DNA of 38,772 nucleotides from Gemmatimonadota bacterium (GCA_019348265.1 JAHWJV010000001.1:1-38772); one strand, 5' to 3'. Counted from the stretch's first letter, positions 1-8,886 are shown. Notes: a model not told the origin generated them from the sequence alone. Translations and numbers: made by a program.

Positions 1-60
1 AAGCGGCAGGAAGAGGAGTTGGACCGAATCCGGAAGACGCTTTCGGCACCGAGGGAATGA
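1..60 (+). CDS. 3' end of an unidentified CDS entering from the left edge (partial)
   Basis: Frame 1 is open from base 1 and ends at TGA 58-60 (...KRQEEELDRIRKTLSAPRE*). Third codon positions are mostly G/C. A hairpin plus T-run follows at 99-136. It is too short to assign a family. Confidence 0.3.
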   Translation, partial: KRQEEELDRIRKTLSAPRE

Positions 61-67
61 GCCTTTA

Positions 68-95
68 AGCTATCAGCTATCGACTATCAGCTATC
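68..95. repeat. Tandem heptamer (AGCTATC)x4, third unit GACTATC; left arm of an inverted repeat
   Basis: Read directly: AGCTATC AGCTATC GACTATC AGCTATC. It is the exact reverse complement of the heptamer at 201-256. Confidence 0.9.
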
Positions 96-98
96 CGT

Positions 99-136
99 CC
101 CCCGGTCCTGTCGAAAGGATCGGGGGTCTCTTGTCT
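99..136 (+). terminator. Candidate intrinsic terminator for the plus-strand gene ending at 60
   Basis: A 10-bp stem pairs CCCCCGGTCC (99-108) with GGATCGGGGG (117-126), including one G-U pair. The loop is 8 nt and is followed by TCTCTTGTCT (127-136). Confidence 0.45.
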
Positions 137-200
137 GCGCCCGCATCGGGACCGTGCCGTCTCTGAACCCGCCATCAAGTAATCCACGAACACCGCAACT

Positions 201-256
201 GATAGCTGATAGCTGATAGCTGATAGCTGATAGCTGATAGCTGATAGCTGATAGCT
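201..256. repeat. Tandem heptamer (GATAGCT)x8, perfect; right arm of the inverted repeat
   Basis: Eight uninterrupted copies counted base by base. The array ends 7 nt from the recG stop codon (264-266). Confidence 0.95.
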
Positions 257-263
257 GTCGCAC

Positions 264-2336
264 TCACCCCGTCTGGAACAGACGCGCGCGCTCGCCGTAG
301 CGGCGCTCCAGTGCTTGGCGCAGCTCGGGGTAGGTGGACAGGTGCGGGTCGCGGTCGACGAGGGAACGGGCTGCGACGCGAGCGACGTTGAGGAGCCCGG
401 CATCCTTTTCCAGGTCGGCGAAACGAAAGGCGGGGAGGCCGGACTGGCGCTCGCCGAACAGGTCGCCCTGGCCGCGGAGCTGGAGGTCGGCCTCGGCGAT
501 CCGGAACCCGTCTTCGGTGCTGGAGAAGATGCGCAGCCGGTCGGCGGCCTCGGGCGAGCTGACGAGAAGGATGCAGAAGCTCTGCGCGGAGCCGCGCCCG
601 ACCCTGCCGCGGAGCTGATGGAGCTGGGAAAGCCCGAACCGCTCGGCGTGCTCGATGACCATCACGCTCGCGTTCGCGACGTCGATCCCCACCTCGATTA
701 CGGTCGTCGACACCAGGATGTCGATTTCACCCGCGGCGAACCCGCGCATCACCTGGTCCTTCTGGTCCGGTGGCATCTGGCCGTGGATGATTCCGAGCCT
801 CAGCTCGGGGAATACCTCCTCGCTCAGCCGCTGGTATTCTTCCGTGGCGGACTTGAGCGAAAGGGTCTCGGACTCGTCGACCAGGGGGTAAACGACGTAC
901 GCCTGACGTCCTTCCGCAACCTGCTCCCTGATGAAGTCGAGCACGGTTGAACGCGCCTTCTCATAACGGAGAGCCGTTCGGACGGGTTGCCGCCCCGGGG
1001 GGCGCTCGTCCAGCAGCGAGAGGTCGAGATCGCCGTAGAGGGTGAGCGCAAGAGAGCGAGGGATGGGGGTCGCGGACATCACGAGCACGTCGGGGGTCTC
1101 GCCCATGTCGGCGAGCGCGAGGCGCTGCCGAACGCCGAAGCGGTGCTGCTCGTCCACCACCGCGAGACCGAGGCGGTGGAACCGCACCCGCTCCTGTATC
1201 AACGCGTGCGTGCCCACGAGCAGCTGTGCCGTGCCGTCCTCGATCCTGGCTAGCGCCGCCCGCCGCTCCGCCGCACTCATCCGCCCCGTGAGAAGCTGCA
1301 CCTCAACGGGCAGCTCCCCCACCAGCTTCCGCAGCGTCCGCAGGTGCTGCTCCGCGAGAATCTCCGTCGGCGCCATCAATGCCGCCTGATACCCGTTCTC
1401 CACCGCGCGAAGCATAGCGAACAGCGCGACCACCGTCTTCCCCGCCCCCACGTCCCCCTGCAGGAGCCGGTTCATCCGGCGGGGCGATCCCATGTCGTTC
1501 CCGATCTCGCCGAGCACGCGGCGCTGCGCCTCGGTCAGCGCGAAGGGGAGCGACTGATAGAAGGGTCGGACCAGCGCGTCGGTTCTCCCGAACACGATCC
1601 CCGGACGCTGCGTCGTCTGCTGGTGGTGAACGATCGCGTGGAGCAGCTGGAGGAAGAAGAGCTCCTCCAGTGCCAGCCGCCTCCGCCCGGCCTCGGCTTC
1701 CACCAAGGTGTGCGGCCGATGCAGATCGCGCAGGGCGTCCTGGAGCGGCGGGACGCGCGCTTCAGCGCGCATCGCCGGGTCGAGCACCTCTTCCTCGGCC
1801 GCCGGCGGGAGGAGGTCGTCCAGGTTGTCGGCGATTAGCTTCCGGACCTGCCGCTGGGAGAGCCCCTCCGTCGCCGGGTAGATCGGGAAGACCGCCCCCC
1901 CTTCGGTGGAGATGTCCTCACCCTCGCGCGCGAGGATCTCGTACTCGCGCGGCTGAAGCTGGCGCCCGTGGAAGAAGCGGACCGGCCCCGACAGGAGGAG
2001 GAGGTCGCCCTTGCGGAGAACCCGATCGAGAAACGGCTGCCCGGGCCAGGAACACTCGATCAAGCCGCTGCTATCCCGGACGACCGCCTGAAAGATGCGC
2101 AGACCTTTCCGGGTGGGGAGCACTCCCTTCGACACGATCCGGCCCACCACAGTGGCTTCGGTACCGGGCTCTAGAGTCCCGATCTTCTGAACGGTGGACG
2201 CGTCCTCGTACCGGCGAGGCACGTGATACAAAACGTCACGCGCGGTCAGAAGCCCAAGCCGCGCCAGTAGGTCCGCGCGCTTGGGACCCACGCCTTTCAG
2301 GAACTGAGCCGGGCGGTCGAGATCAGAATATCCCAT
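264..2336 (-). CDS. recG: ATP-dependent DNA helicase RecG
   Basis: Motifs seen: Walker A GDVGAGKTVVA, DEQH box VVDEQHRFGV, MSATPIPR, QLHQLRGRVGRG, and the N-terminal wedge region HVPRRYEDAS. Start set at ATG 2336 (MGYSDLDRP...), which gives a canonical RecG N-terminal length. TTG 2411, overlapping the ftsY stop, is the alternative. Confidence 0.93.
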   Translation of the reverse strand: MGYSDLDRPAQFLKGVGPKRADLLARLGLLTARDVLYHVPRRYEDASTVQKIGTLEPGTEATVVGRIVSKGVLPTRKGLRIFQAVVRDSSGLIECSWPGQPFLDRVLRKGDLLLLSGPVRFFHGRQLQPREYEILAREGEDISTEGGAVFPIYPATEGLSQRQVRKLIADNLDDLLPPAAEEEVLDPAMRAEARVPPLQDALRDLHRPHTLVEAEAGRRRLALEELFFLQLLHAIVHHQQTTQRPGIVFGRTDALVRPFYQSLPFALTEAQRRVLGEIGNDMGSPRRMNRLLQGDVGAGKTVVALFAMLRAVENGYQAALMAPTEILAEQHLRTLRKLVGELPVEVQLLTGRMSAAERRAALARIEDGTAQLLVGTHALIQERVRFHRLGLAVVDEQHRFGVRQRLALADMGETPDVLVMSATPIPRSLALTLYGDLDLSLLDERPPGRQPVRTALRYEKARSTVLDFIREQVAEGRQAYVVYPLVDESETLSLKSATEEYQRLSEEVFPELRLGIIHGQMPPDQKDQVMRGFAAGEIDILVSTTVIEVGIDVANASVMVIEHAERFGLSQLHQLRGRVGRGSAQSFCILLVSSPEAADRLRIFSSTEDGFRIAEADLQLRGQGDLFGERQSGLPAFRFADLEKDAGLLNVARVAARSLVDRDPHLSTYPELRQALERRYGERARLFQTG

Positions 2337-2407
2337 AGTACGAAAGCTGTACCGAGCAGAAACGCCGGGGAAAACGGGCGGCTTTGTACTCTGGTCGACA
2401 GTGCTCC

Positions 2408-3340
2408 TCAACCCGTCAGCACCTCCTCCGTGAAAGCATCCACCTCGAACGGGAGCAGATCGTCGATCCCTTCGCCGACACCGATGAACTTAACGGGAAG
2501 ATCGAATTCCTCCTTGAGCGCAACGACGATTCCGCCTTTGGCGGTGCTGTCCATCTTGGTGAGCACCAGACCGGTGAGGTCGACCGTCTGCCCGAACGCA
2601 CGCACCTGGGCCATGGCGTTCTGGCCAACGGTGGCGTCCAGCACGAGGAGTCGCTCATGCGGGGCTCCGGGCAGCCTCTTGGCAACGACGCGGTGGACCT
2701 TCTCCAGCTCCTGCATGAGCCCGAGCTGCGTGTGCAGACGTCCGGCGGTGTCGATGATGAGGATGTCCGCGCCGACGCGCTCGGCCGTATCCAGCGCGTC
2801 GAACGCGACGGCCGCAGGGTCGCGGCCGGGCTCGCTCCCCACGAACTCACAACGGACCCGCTCTGCCCAGCGGCGAAGCTGCTCGATCGCCCCGGCGCGG
2901 AAGGTATCACCCGCTGCGATGACGACCTTTCTCCCCTGGCGCGTGAACCGGTGCGCAAGCTTACCGATGCTGGTGGTCTTGCCTACGCCGTTGACGCCGG
3001 CGACCAGGATGACGGTCGGCCCACCCTCGAAGTTGAAGCGCAGCGCGGTGTCGGAGCGTCCGGCAGAGAGGATCTTGACGATCTCTTCACGCACCACGTC
3101 GAGGAAGTCGCGCTGCGAGCGCGCGATGCCGCGCTCGGCGAGCGTCTCCACGGCCGCGACCAGGCGTAGCGTAGCGCTGACGCCGAAATCGGCCGAGAGG
3201 AGGAGTTCCTCGATCCTCTCGAGCGACCCCTCGTCGACCCCTCCTTTCGCGATCACCGTGACGTCGGCGAGGGCCACGTCCTTGATGCGCTCCCAGAGTG
3301 ACTTCTGGTTTTCTTCCTTACGCCTGAACAGCCGTGCCAT
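2408..3340 (-). CDS. ftsY: Signal recognition particle receptor FtsY (short NG-only form)
   Basis: SRP-GTPase motifs seen: GVNGVGKTTSIGKLA, DTAGRLH, LTKMDSTAKGG. Start set at ATG 3340 (MARLFRRKEENQ...). The upstream ORF extension has non-coding-like composition. Confidence 0.92.
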   Translation of the reverse strand: MARLFRRKEENQKSLWERIKDVALADVTVIAKGGVDEGSLERIEELLLSADFGVSATLRLVAAVETLAERGIARSQRDFLDVVREEIVKILSAGRSDTALRFNFEGGPTVILVAGVNGVGKTTSIGKLAHRFTRQGRKVVIAAGDTFRAGAIEQLRRWAERVRCEFVGSEPGRDPAAVAFDALDTAERVGADILIIDTAGRLHTQLGLMQELEKVHRVVAKRLPGAPHERLLVLDATVGQNAMAQVRAFGQTVDLTGLVLTKMDSTAKGGIVVALKEEFDLPVKFIGVGEGIDDLLPFEVDAFTEEVLTG

Positions 3341-3382
3341 GTACGAGAGCGCGCAAAAGGGCAGAAATGCGAGAGAGCGAAA

Positions 3383-3406
3383 GTGCCGCGTGTCGAGACG
3401 CGGCAC
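3383..3406 (-). terminator. Second hairpin plus T-rich tail between hisA and ftsY (terminator or 5' leader structure)
   Basis: An 8-bp stem pairs GTGCCGCG with CGCGGCAC around an 8-nt loop. On the minus strand it is followed by TTTCGCTCTCTCGCATTTC. It lies 43 nt upstream of the ftsY ATG. Confidence 0.35.
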
Positions 3407-3428
3407 AACCCCACGGGCCCGCGGAGAC

Positions 3429-3459
3429 AAAAAAAGCCCGCGGGATCTCTCCCGCGGGC
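3429..3459 (-). terminator. Rho-independent terminator downstream of hisA
   Basis: Minus strand reads GCCCGCGGGA-GAGA-TCCCGCGGGC (10-bp GC stem) followed immediately by TTTTTTT (3435-3429). It starts 35 nt after the hisA stop. Confidence 0.8.
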
Positions 3460-3493
3460 GGATACACCCGTGCATGCTGGCGGTTCGGCCGTT

Positions 3494-4249
3494 TCACCGC
3501 CTGAGGCGCTGCAGTCCCTCCGCGAGGTCGACCCGGCCCTCGTAGATCGCCTTTCCGACGATCACCCCGACGATCGCCGAGCGCTCGGCAGCGGCGGCGA
3601 TCAGGCTCAGGTCCTCGGTCTTGCCGACCCCTCCCGACACCACGATCTCGGCGCCGCTCCGTTCGGCGAGCTCGGCGGCGGTATCGAGGTTGGGGCCGAC
3701 CAGCATCCCATCGCGATCGATGTCGGTGTAGATGAGGGTGCGCACGCCCGCGGCGGTCAGGGAGCTCGCGAGGTCGAACAGGTCCGTCGCGGTGCCCTCG
3801 GTCCAGCCGCGTACCGCCGGAACGCGCCCCCGCGCATCGAGGCCGACAGCGATGCGATCCGCGCCCCAGCGCTCGATCGCCCGTGCGACGAGCTGTGGGT
3901 CCTCCACCGCGGCGGTGCCGATCACCGCCCGGCGTACCGGGCCGTCCAGCACTTCTTGGAGATCCTCGTCGGAGCGGAGCCCACCGCCGGTCTGCACCTT
4001 GAGCGAGGTGGATTGGGCGAGGCGCCGGATCAGATCGCGGTTGGAGCCCTCGCCGAAGGCCGCGTCCAGGTCGACGATGTGCACCCACTCGGCCCCGCGG
4101 TAGGCGAAGTCCTCGAGGACCTGGAAGGGATCCGTGGCGTACAGCGTCTCACGGTCGGCGGCGCCCTGCTCGAGCCTGACGCAGCGGCCGCGGCGCAGGT
4201 CGATCGCCGGGAAGAGCGTCAGCTCGCGGGGAGTGATCTCACTCACCAT
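3494..4249 (-). CDS. hisA: ProFAR isomerase HisA (possibly a PriA-like bifunctional form)
   Basis: HisA/HisF barrel motifs seen: FPAIDLRRGRCVRL, VQTGGGLRS, IYTDIDRDGML, VSGGVG. Start set at ATG 4249 (MVSEITPREL...). It overlaps the upstream peptidase gene by 11 nt. Confidence 0.88.
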   Translation of the reverse strand: MVSEITPRELTLFPAIDLRRGRCVRLEQGAADRETLYATDPFQVLEDFAYRGAEWVHIVDLDAAFGEGSNRDLIRRLAQSTSLKVQTGGGLRSDEDLQEVLDGPVRRAVIGTAAVEDPQLVARAIERWGADRIAVGLDARGRVPAVRGWTEGTATDLFDLASSLTAAGVRTLIYTDIDRDGMLVGPNLDTAAELAERSGAEIVVSGGVGKTEDLSLIAAAAERSAIVGVIVGKAIYEGRVDLAEGLQRLRR

Positions 4250-5585
4250 CTCGCTTCCCGGTGGAACCGGCGTCCGCGAGGAGGACGGGGCTGCTGGCGC
4301 GGTCGAGGGCGCGGAGCTGACTCGCGATGCGGGCCCGGAAGTCACCGCGGTACCGGCTCGGAACCGGCTCGCCGGTGATCGACTTGATCGTGTTCGGGTC
4401 GACCGCTTTCCCCGACGCGTGGAACTCGTAGTGCAGGTGCGGCGCCGTGGACATGCCGGTCGAGCCGACGTACCCGATCAGGTCGCCCTGCCTGATTCGC
4501 GTCCCCGGGCGTATCCCGCTGGCGAAAGCGCGGAGGTGCGCGTAACGGCTGGCGTAGCCTCGGCTGTGACCGATCTCGACCACGTTGCCGTAGCTGTCGC
4601 TGAAGTTCGCGCGGCGGACGACGCCGTCGCCGACGGCGCGCACGGGCGTTCCCGCCGAAGCGGCATAGTCGATGCCCAGGTGCGGCCGGTTCTTCTTGAG
4701 CACCGGATGGAACCGGCTCCTGGCGAAAGCCGAGCTGATCCTGCGGAACTCCAGCGGCGCACGGAGGAAGGCGCGGCGCAGCGACTCGCCGTCGCGGCCG
4801 TAGTAGTCCTCACTCCCGTCCGCCGAGCGGTACAGATACGCTTCGTGGTCGCGGCCGTTGAGGTTGAACTGCACCCCGAGGACGCGTCCGGCGCGAGCGG
4901 TGCCGTCAGGGCGAACCGTCCGCTCGTACAGGATGCGGAACTCGTCGCCGGGGCGCAGGTCGCGCGAGAAATCGACCTGCCAGGCGAAGATGCGGTCGGC
5001 GAGGAGATCGGCGATGCCCTCGCGCTCAGAGGCGGGAACACCGTCTCCGTCCCCGGCGATCAGGGCGGCGTAGAGCGAGGAGCGCACGGTGCCGGTGAGC
5101 ACGGCGCTATCCGTCTTCACCGGGACCTCCTCGATCGCGCCCGCCCAGTCGCTGCCGGCGCGGTGCATGTTCAGCGTGCGGTCGGCGTCGATGCGCAGCT
5201 CCATGCCCCGGACGTCCCCTGTCTCGAACGACTTCCGGTACGAGATAACCGAGCCGGGGCGCAGCCTGCGCGGGTCCTGGAACTCGTTCAGCTCAGCGAG
5301 CAGCGCATCCGCCTCGCTGGAGGCGAGCTCCGCACGGGACAGCAGCTCCGAGATGGTCTCCCCGGAGCGGAGGGTGTCCTGGAAGCCGACCTCGGCCGGG
5401 TTGGCGTGCGCTGCGGGCAGAAGCGCCGGGAGCGGTACCGCATCAGGCGAGACCTGCAGCTCGACGAAGCTGCCGGCGATCGCGACGCCAAAGGCGGCGA
5501 ACACGCCAAGGGACAGGATTCTCTGCGTGGTGCGCATCGAGGTATCGGATGTAGTTCGTACGGCCGGGCGAAAGGGCATTGTCAT
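4239..5585 (-). CDS. M23 family metallopeptidase, MepM/YebA-like, with an N-terminal membrane anchor
   Basis: M23 catalytic motifs seen: HLGIDYAASAGTPVRAVGDGVV and APHLHYEF. An N-terminal hydrophobic segment LSLGVFAAFGVAIAG is present. An OapA/LysM-like stretch GETISELLSRA is a tentative call. The start could be Met1, Met3 or Met17. Confidence 0.88.
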   Translation of the reverse strand: MTMPFRPAVRTTSDTSMRTTQRILSLGVFAAFGVAIAGSFVELQVSPDAVPLPALLPAAHANPAEVGFQDTLRSGETISELLSRAELASSEADALLAELNEFQDPRRLRPGSVISYRKSFETGDVRGMELRIDADRTLNMHRAGSDWAGAIEEVPVKTDSAVLTGTVRSSLYAALIAGDGDGVPASEREGIADLLADRIFAWQVDFSRDLRPGDEFRILYERTVRPDGTARAGRVLGVQFNLNGRDHEAYLYRSADGSEDYYGRDGESLRRAFLRAPLEFRRISSAFARSRFHPVLKKNRPHLGIDYAASAGTPVRAVGDGVVRRANFSDSYGNVVEIGHSRGYASRYAHLRAFASGIRPGTRIRQGDLIGYVGSTGMSTAPHLHYEFHASGKAVDPNTIKSITGEPVPSRYRGDFRARIASQLRALDRASSPVLLADAGSTGKRDGE

Positions 5586-5661
5586 CGCGAGCGCAGGCTG
5601 AGGCCTGCGCTCGGGACGACGCGGTCGGAAAGGTCCTGCTAGGTCGGTCGAAAGCCGACCG

Positions 5662-6825
5662 TCAGTCCATCTGGCGACGGATGAAGGTCGGGATCTCGAG
5701 GTCGCTCGGCAGCTTCCGCTCGATGGGCCGGATGTCGGCCTCGCGCAGAATCGGTGTCGGGTTCGGCGCGGGAATCGCCGGCTTCGAGCCGCTGCGCGGC
5801 TCCGGTCGCTTGGCGGAGAAGTTCGGGCGGATGACGTTGTCGACGCGCTCGAAGATCGCGTCCGCCTTGTCGAACCCCGTCGCGATCACGGTGACGCGGA
5901 CGGCGCCTTCCATGGAGGAGTCGTGCACCGCGCCGAAGATGATCTCCGCGTCGTCGCCCGCCGCCTCCTGGATGATGCTGCTGATCGTCGTCACCTCGTC
6001 GATCGCCAGATCCATCCCGCCCGTGATGTTGATCAGCACCCCGGCCGCCCCCTGAATGGAGATGTTGTCCAGCAGCGGGCTGCTGATCGCCTCCTGCGCC
6101 GCTTCCACCGCCCGGTTCTCCCCTGCCCCGTAGCCGGTGCCCATCAGCGCCGCCCCGCGGTTGCTCATGATCGTGCGCACGTCCGCGAAGTCCACGTTCA
6201 CCTCTCCGGTCACCCGGATCAGGTCGCTGATCCCCTGCGTCGCGTGCAGCAGAACCTCGTCCGCCTTCTTCAGCGCGTCCTTGAAGCTGGTCCCCTTGCC
6301 TACCACCGAGAGCAGTCGCTCGTTGGGGACCACGATCATGGTATCGACCGCCTGCTTCAGCTCCTGAAGCCCGGCTTCCGCCTGGCGCATCCGCTTCTTC
6401 CCCTCGAATAAGAAGGGCTTGGTCACGATCCCGATCGTCAACGCCCCCATCTCGCGCGCCATCTGCCCGATCAGGGGAGCCGCACCCGTACCCGTGCCGC
6501 CGCCCATGCCGCAGGTCACGAACACCAGGTCCGCCCCCTCCAGCATCTTCGCCACCTCGTCCTGCTGCTCCTCCAGCGCCGCGCGCCCCACCTCCGGACG
6601 CGCGCCCGCCCCCAACCCCCGGGTCAGCTTCTTCCCGATCTGGATCTTCACCCCCGTCTTGCTGTACTTCAGCGCCTGAGCGTCCGTGTTCACCGAGATG
6701 AACTCGACCCCCTCCAGGTCCTCGTCGATCATCCGGTTCACGGCGTTCCCGCCGCCGCCCCCGACGCCGACCACCTTCATTCGCGCCTGGCTGGTGCCAG
6801 GCTCCTCGTACTCGAAGATCATCAT
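5662..6825 (-). CDS. ftsZ: Cell division protein FtsZ
   Basis: Tubulin signature [12 protein letters not shown] and [13 protein letters not shown] seen. A GGAGGAGGG Shine-Dalgarno sequence lies just upstream of the ATG. Confidence 0.98.
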   Translation of the reverse strand: MMIFEYEEPGTSQARMKVVGVGGGGGNAVNRMIDEDLEGVEFISVNTDAQALKYSKTGVKIQIGKKLTRGLGAGARPEVGRAALEEQQDEVAKMLEGADLVFVTCGMGGGTGTGAAPLIGQMAREMGALTIGIVTKPFLFEGKKRMRQAEAGLQELKQAVDTMIVVPNERLLSVVGKGTSFKDALKKADEVLLHATQGISDLIRVTGEVNVDFADVRTIMSNRGAALMGTGYGAGENRAVEAAQEAISSPLLDNISIQGAAGVLINITGGMDLAIDEVTTISSIIQEAAGDDAEIIFGAVHDSSMEGAVRVTVIATGFDKADAIFERVDNVIRPNFSAKRPEPRSGSKPAIPAPNPTPILREADIRPIERKLPSDLEIPTFIRRQMD

Positions 6826-6892
6826 TCCATTCCCTCCTCCGTCCGTCTCGGGAGGTCACCGCGGGTGAAATAGCTCAGGTCGCCAGCGCCGA

Positions 6893-8137
6893 TTAAAAGA
6901 AGTCCGTCAGCCACTCGCGCATCCACTTGATAACTCCGTTGATGGAGGTGCCGCCTGCGGAACCTCCGGTGTTTCCATGCGAGACTTCCCGACGGGCGCC
7001 GTACAGCGCGAGCCCGACCGCGGTCGCAAACTTGGGTCGGCGTACCGCGTCCACAAGCCCACTCAATCCCTCCCCCGGAACGCCAACGCGTACGGCGCCT
7101 CGAAAGCTCGACTCGGCCAGACTGGCGATCCCGTCCAGCGACGCACCGCCCCCGGTGAGGACCACACCGGAACCCAGCCGGTCGGCGAACCCGCTCTTCT
7201 CGATCTGCTCCGCGACGAGACCGAAGATCTCGTCCATGCGTTGCTCGATGATGTGCGCCAGGAGCTCGCGAGCGACCTGTCTGGCCGGCGCGCCCGCCAC
7301 TCCCGGCACCTCGAACGTCTCCCGCGGGTCGACCATCCCTTCCCGAGCGGCGCCCCAGCGCTCCTTCGCCCGGGCCGCTTCCGAGTACGGAAGCGACAGC
7401 CCCTTCACGATGTCGTTCGTGACGGTGCTTCCGCCCCACGGCAGCGACGCCAGGTGGCGGATCTTCCGGTCGTGGAAGATGGCCAGATCGGTCGTCCCGC
7501 CACCAAGCTCGACCACCGCGACTCCCACTTCCTTGTCGTCGTCGGAGAGCACCGCGAGCGACGAGGCGATGGGCTCGAAGACCAGCTCCGCGATCTGGTA
7601 CCCGGCGCGATCGACCGACTTACGGATGTTCTGCGCGGCGGTGGCCGACATGGTCAGCATGTACACCTCCGCCTCGAGCCGCGTACCCGCCATCCGGACC
7701 GGGTGGCGAATGCCGCCCTGCGCGTCCACCAGGTACTCCTGCGGGATGGCGTGCAGCACCTCGCGATCCGCGGGCACGACCACGGCCCGGGCGACCTCGT
7801 GGACCCGGTCCACGTCGCGGGCGGTGATCTCGGCGCCGCCGATCGCCACCACCCCGGTGGATGCGCGGCCATGCACGTGCTCCCCAGCGATGCCCGTATA
7901 GAGCCGGTCGACCGTGACGCCCGACATCAGCTCGGCTTCCTTGACCGCCTTGCGCACCGAATCGGTCGTGGCTTCGATGTCCGTTACCACCTCGCGGCGC
8001 ACGCCGCTCGTCCGCGCCTGCCCGACGCCAAGAATCTTCACGGTCATGTCGCCGAGAGAGCTTCCTCCCACATCCGCGATCACCACCGCCGTGTTGGTCG
8101 AGCCGATGTCCAGCCCCGTAACGATCTGAGAAGCCAT
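6893..8137 (-). CDS. ftsA: Cell division protein FtsA
   Basis: Actin-like ATPase motifs seen: GLDIGSTNTAVVI and VVELGGGTTDLAIF. Its position between ftsQ and ftsZ fits. Its ATG overlaps the ftsQ TGA by 1 nt (ATGA, shared A at 8137). Confidence 0.96.
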   Translation of the reverse strand: MASQIVTGLDIGSTNTAVVIADVGGSSLGDMTVKILGVGQARTSGVRREVVTDIEATTDSVRKAVKEAELMSGVTVDRLYTGIAGEHVHGRASTGVVAIGGAEITARDVDRVHEVARAVVVPADREVLHAIPQEYLVDAQGGIRHPVRMAGTRLEAEVYMLTMSATAAQNIRKSVDRAGYQIAELVFEPIASSLAVLSDDDKEVGVAVVELGGGTTDLAIFHDRKIRHLASLPWGGSTVTNDIVKGLSLPYSEAARAKERWGAAREGMVDPRETFEVPGVAGAPARQVARELLAHIIEQRMDEIFGLVAEQIEKSGFADRLGSGVVLTGGGASLDGIASLAESSFRGAVRVGVPGEGLSGLVDAVRRPKFATAVGLALYGARREVSHGNTGGSAGGTSINGVIKWMREWLTDFF

Positions 8138-8886
8138 CAGCTCAAACCGGAAGTCGGAAGGCGAACCACGATCTGCTCCTGGAACCGAAGGTCGACGTTC
8201 GCGGCGGGCGATGCGCCGCCGTTTGGATCTGCGGGCGGAAGTCGGCGCTCCAGATCGACGAGAACGGCACGCAGCTGCGCCAGCCGGGTGAGGTCCGCGC
8301 CTACCGGGAGCAGAATCTCCGCGAGGGGGTGCGAGAGGACCAGCACCGCCAGCTCGTCACCCTGCCCGCGGATCTCGGAAACGTGCGCGAGCAGGGTGGG
8401 GTCCGCCTGTCCGATTCGCTCCGTCTCGGCGAGCAGGCCGCGCCGCACCGACGGGGACATCTTCGCCCACGTGCCGCGGATCACCGGAAGGTCCATCCGG
8501 GTGCGGGCCGGATCGACCGGAAGCAGCTCGCCGCGCGCGGTGATGGGTGCCAGCACACCCATCTCCACGTACGCGATCGGGCGCTTTTCCTGGACCCTGA
8601 TGCGCAGCGTCCCGGGAAGATCCCGCGACACGGTCGCCGTGGCGATGGCAGGGTGAGCGCGCAGGGCGGACGCCAGCTCACCCAGGTCGTCCCAGACGTT
8701 CTCACCAGCGGGAATACGCGCCGTGGCGAGGACCTGGTGCGGCGCCAGAAGACGAGTGCCCGACACCTCGACGCGGCGAACCCGGAACCAGGGGAGCTCG
8801 CGAAGCAGTCGGGGCCCCCATAAGGGCGAGGCCGCCGCGAGGCAGCCGGCACCGACGAGCACGGCGATGCGCATCCTACGCTTCAC
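8137..8886 (-). CDS. ftsQ: Cell division protein FtsQ (TM plus POTRA)
   Basis: N-terminal TM segment IAVLVGAGCLAAA followed by a POTRA-like VRRVEVSGTRLL...LRIRVQEKRPIAYV. Position between murC and ftsA fits. Start is GTG 8886; ATG 8874 is the alternative. Confidence 0.85.
   Translation of the reverse strand: MKRRMRIAVLVGAGCLAAASPLWGPRLLRELPWFRVRRVEVSGTRLLAPHQVLATARIPAGENVWDDLGELASALRAHPAIATATVSRDLPGTLRIRVQEKRPIAYVEMGVLAPITARGELLPVDPARTRMDLPVIRGTWAKMSPSVRRGLLAETERIGQADPTLLAHVSEIRGQGDELAVLVLSHPLAEILLPVGADLTRLAQLRAVLVDLERRLPPADPNGGASPAANVDLRFQEQIVVRLPTSGLS

Noticed and set aside
201-256. Tandem repeat array considered as a possible CRISPR array
   Set aside because: The units are 7 nt and directly abutting with no spacers, and no cas genes are present. 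I classified it as a tandem heptamer / inverted-repeat element instead.
77-403. 108-aa minus-strand ORF reading through the heptamer repeats (SYQLSAISYQLS...)
   Set aside because: It overlaps the recG 3' end out of frame, and its repeat-derived peptide is a by-product of a strand that lacks stop codons.
4134-5642. 502-aa plus-strand ORF
   Set aside because: It is antisense to the M23 peptidase gene, is Arg/Ala/Gly-rich, and has no motifs.
5639-6859. 406-aa minus-strand ORF overlapping ftsZ in another frame
   Set aside because: The ftsZ frame carries the tubulin signature. This alternative frame is Gly/Arg/Asp low-complexity sequence.
6977-8656. 559-aa plus-strand ORF across ftsA/ftsQ
   Set aside because: It is antisense to two recognisable division genes and has off-frame composition.
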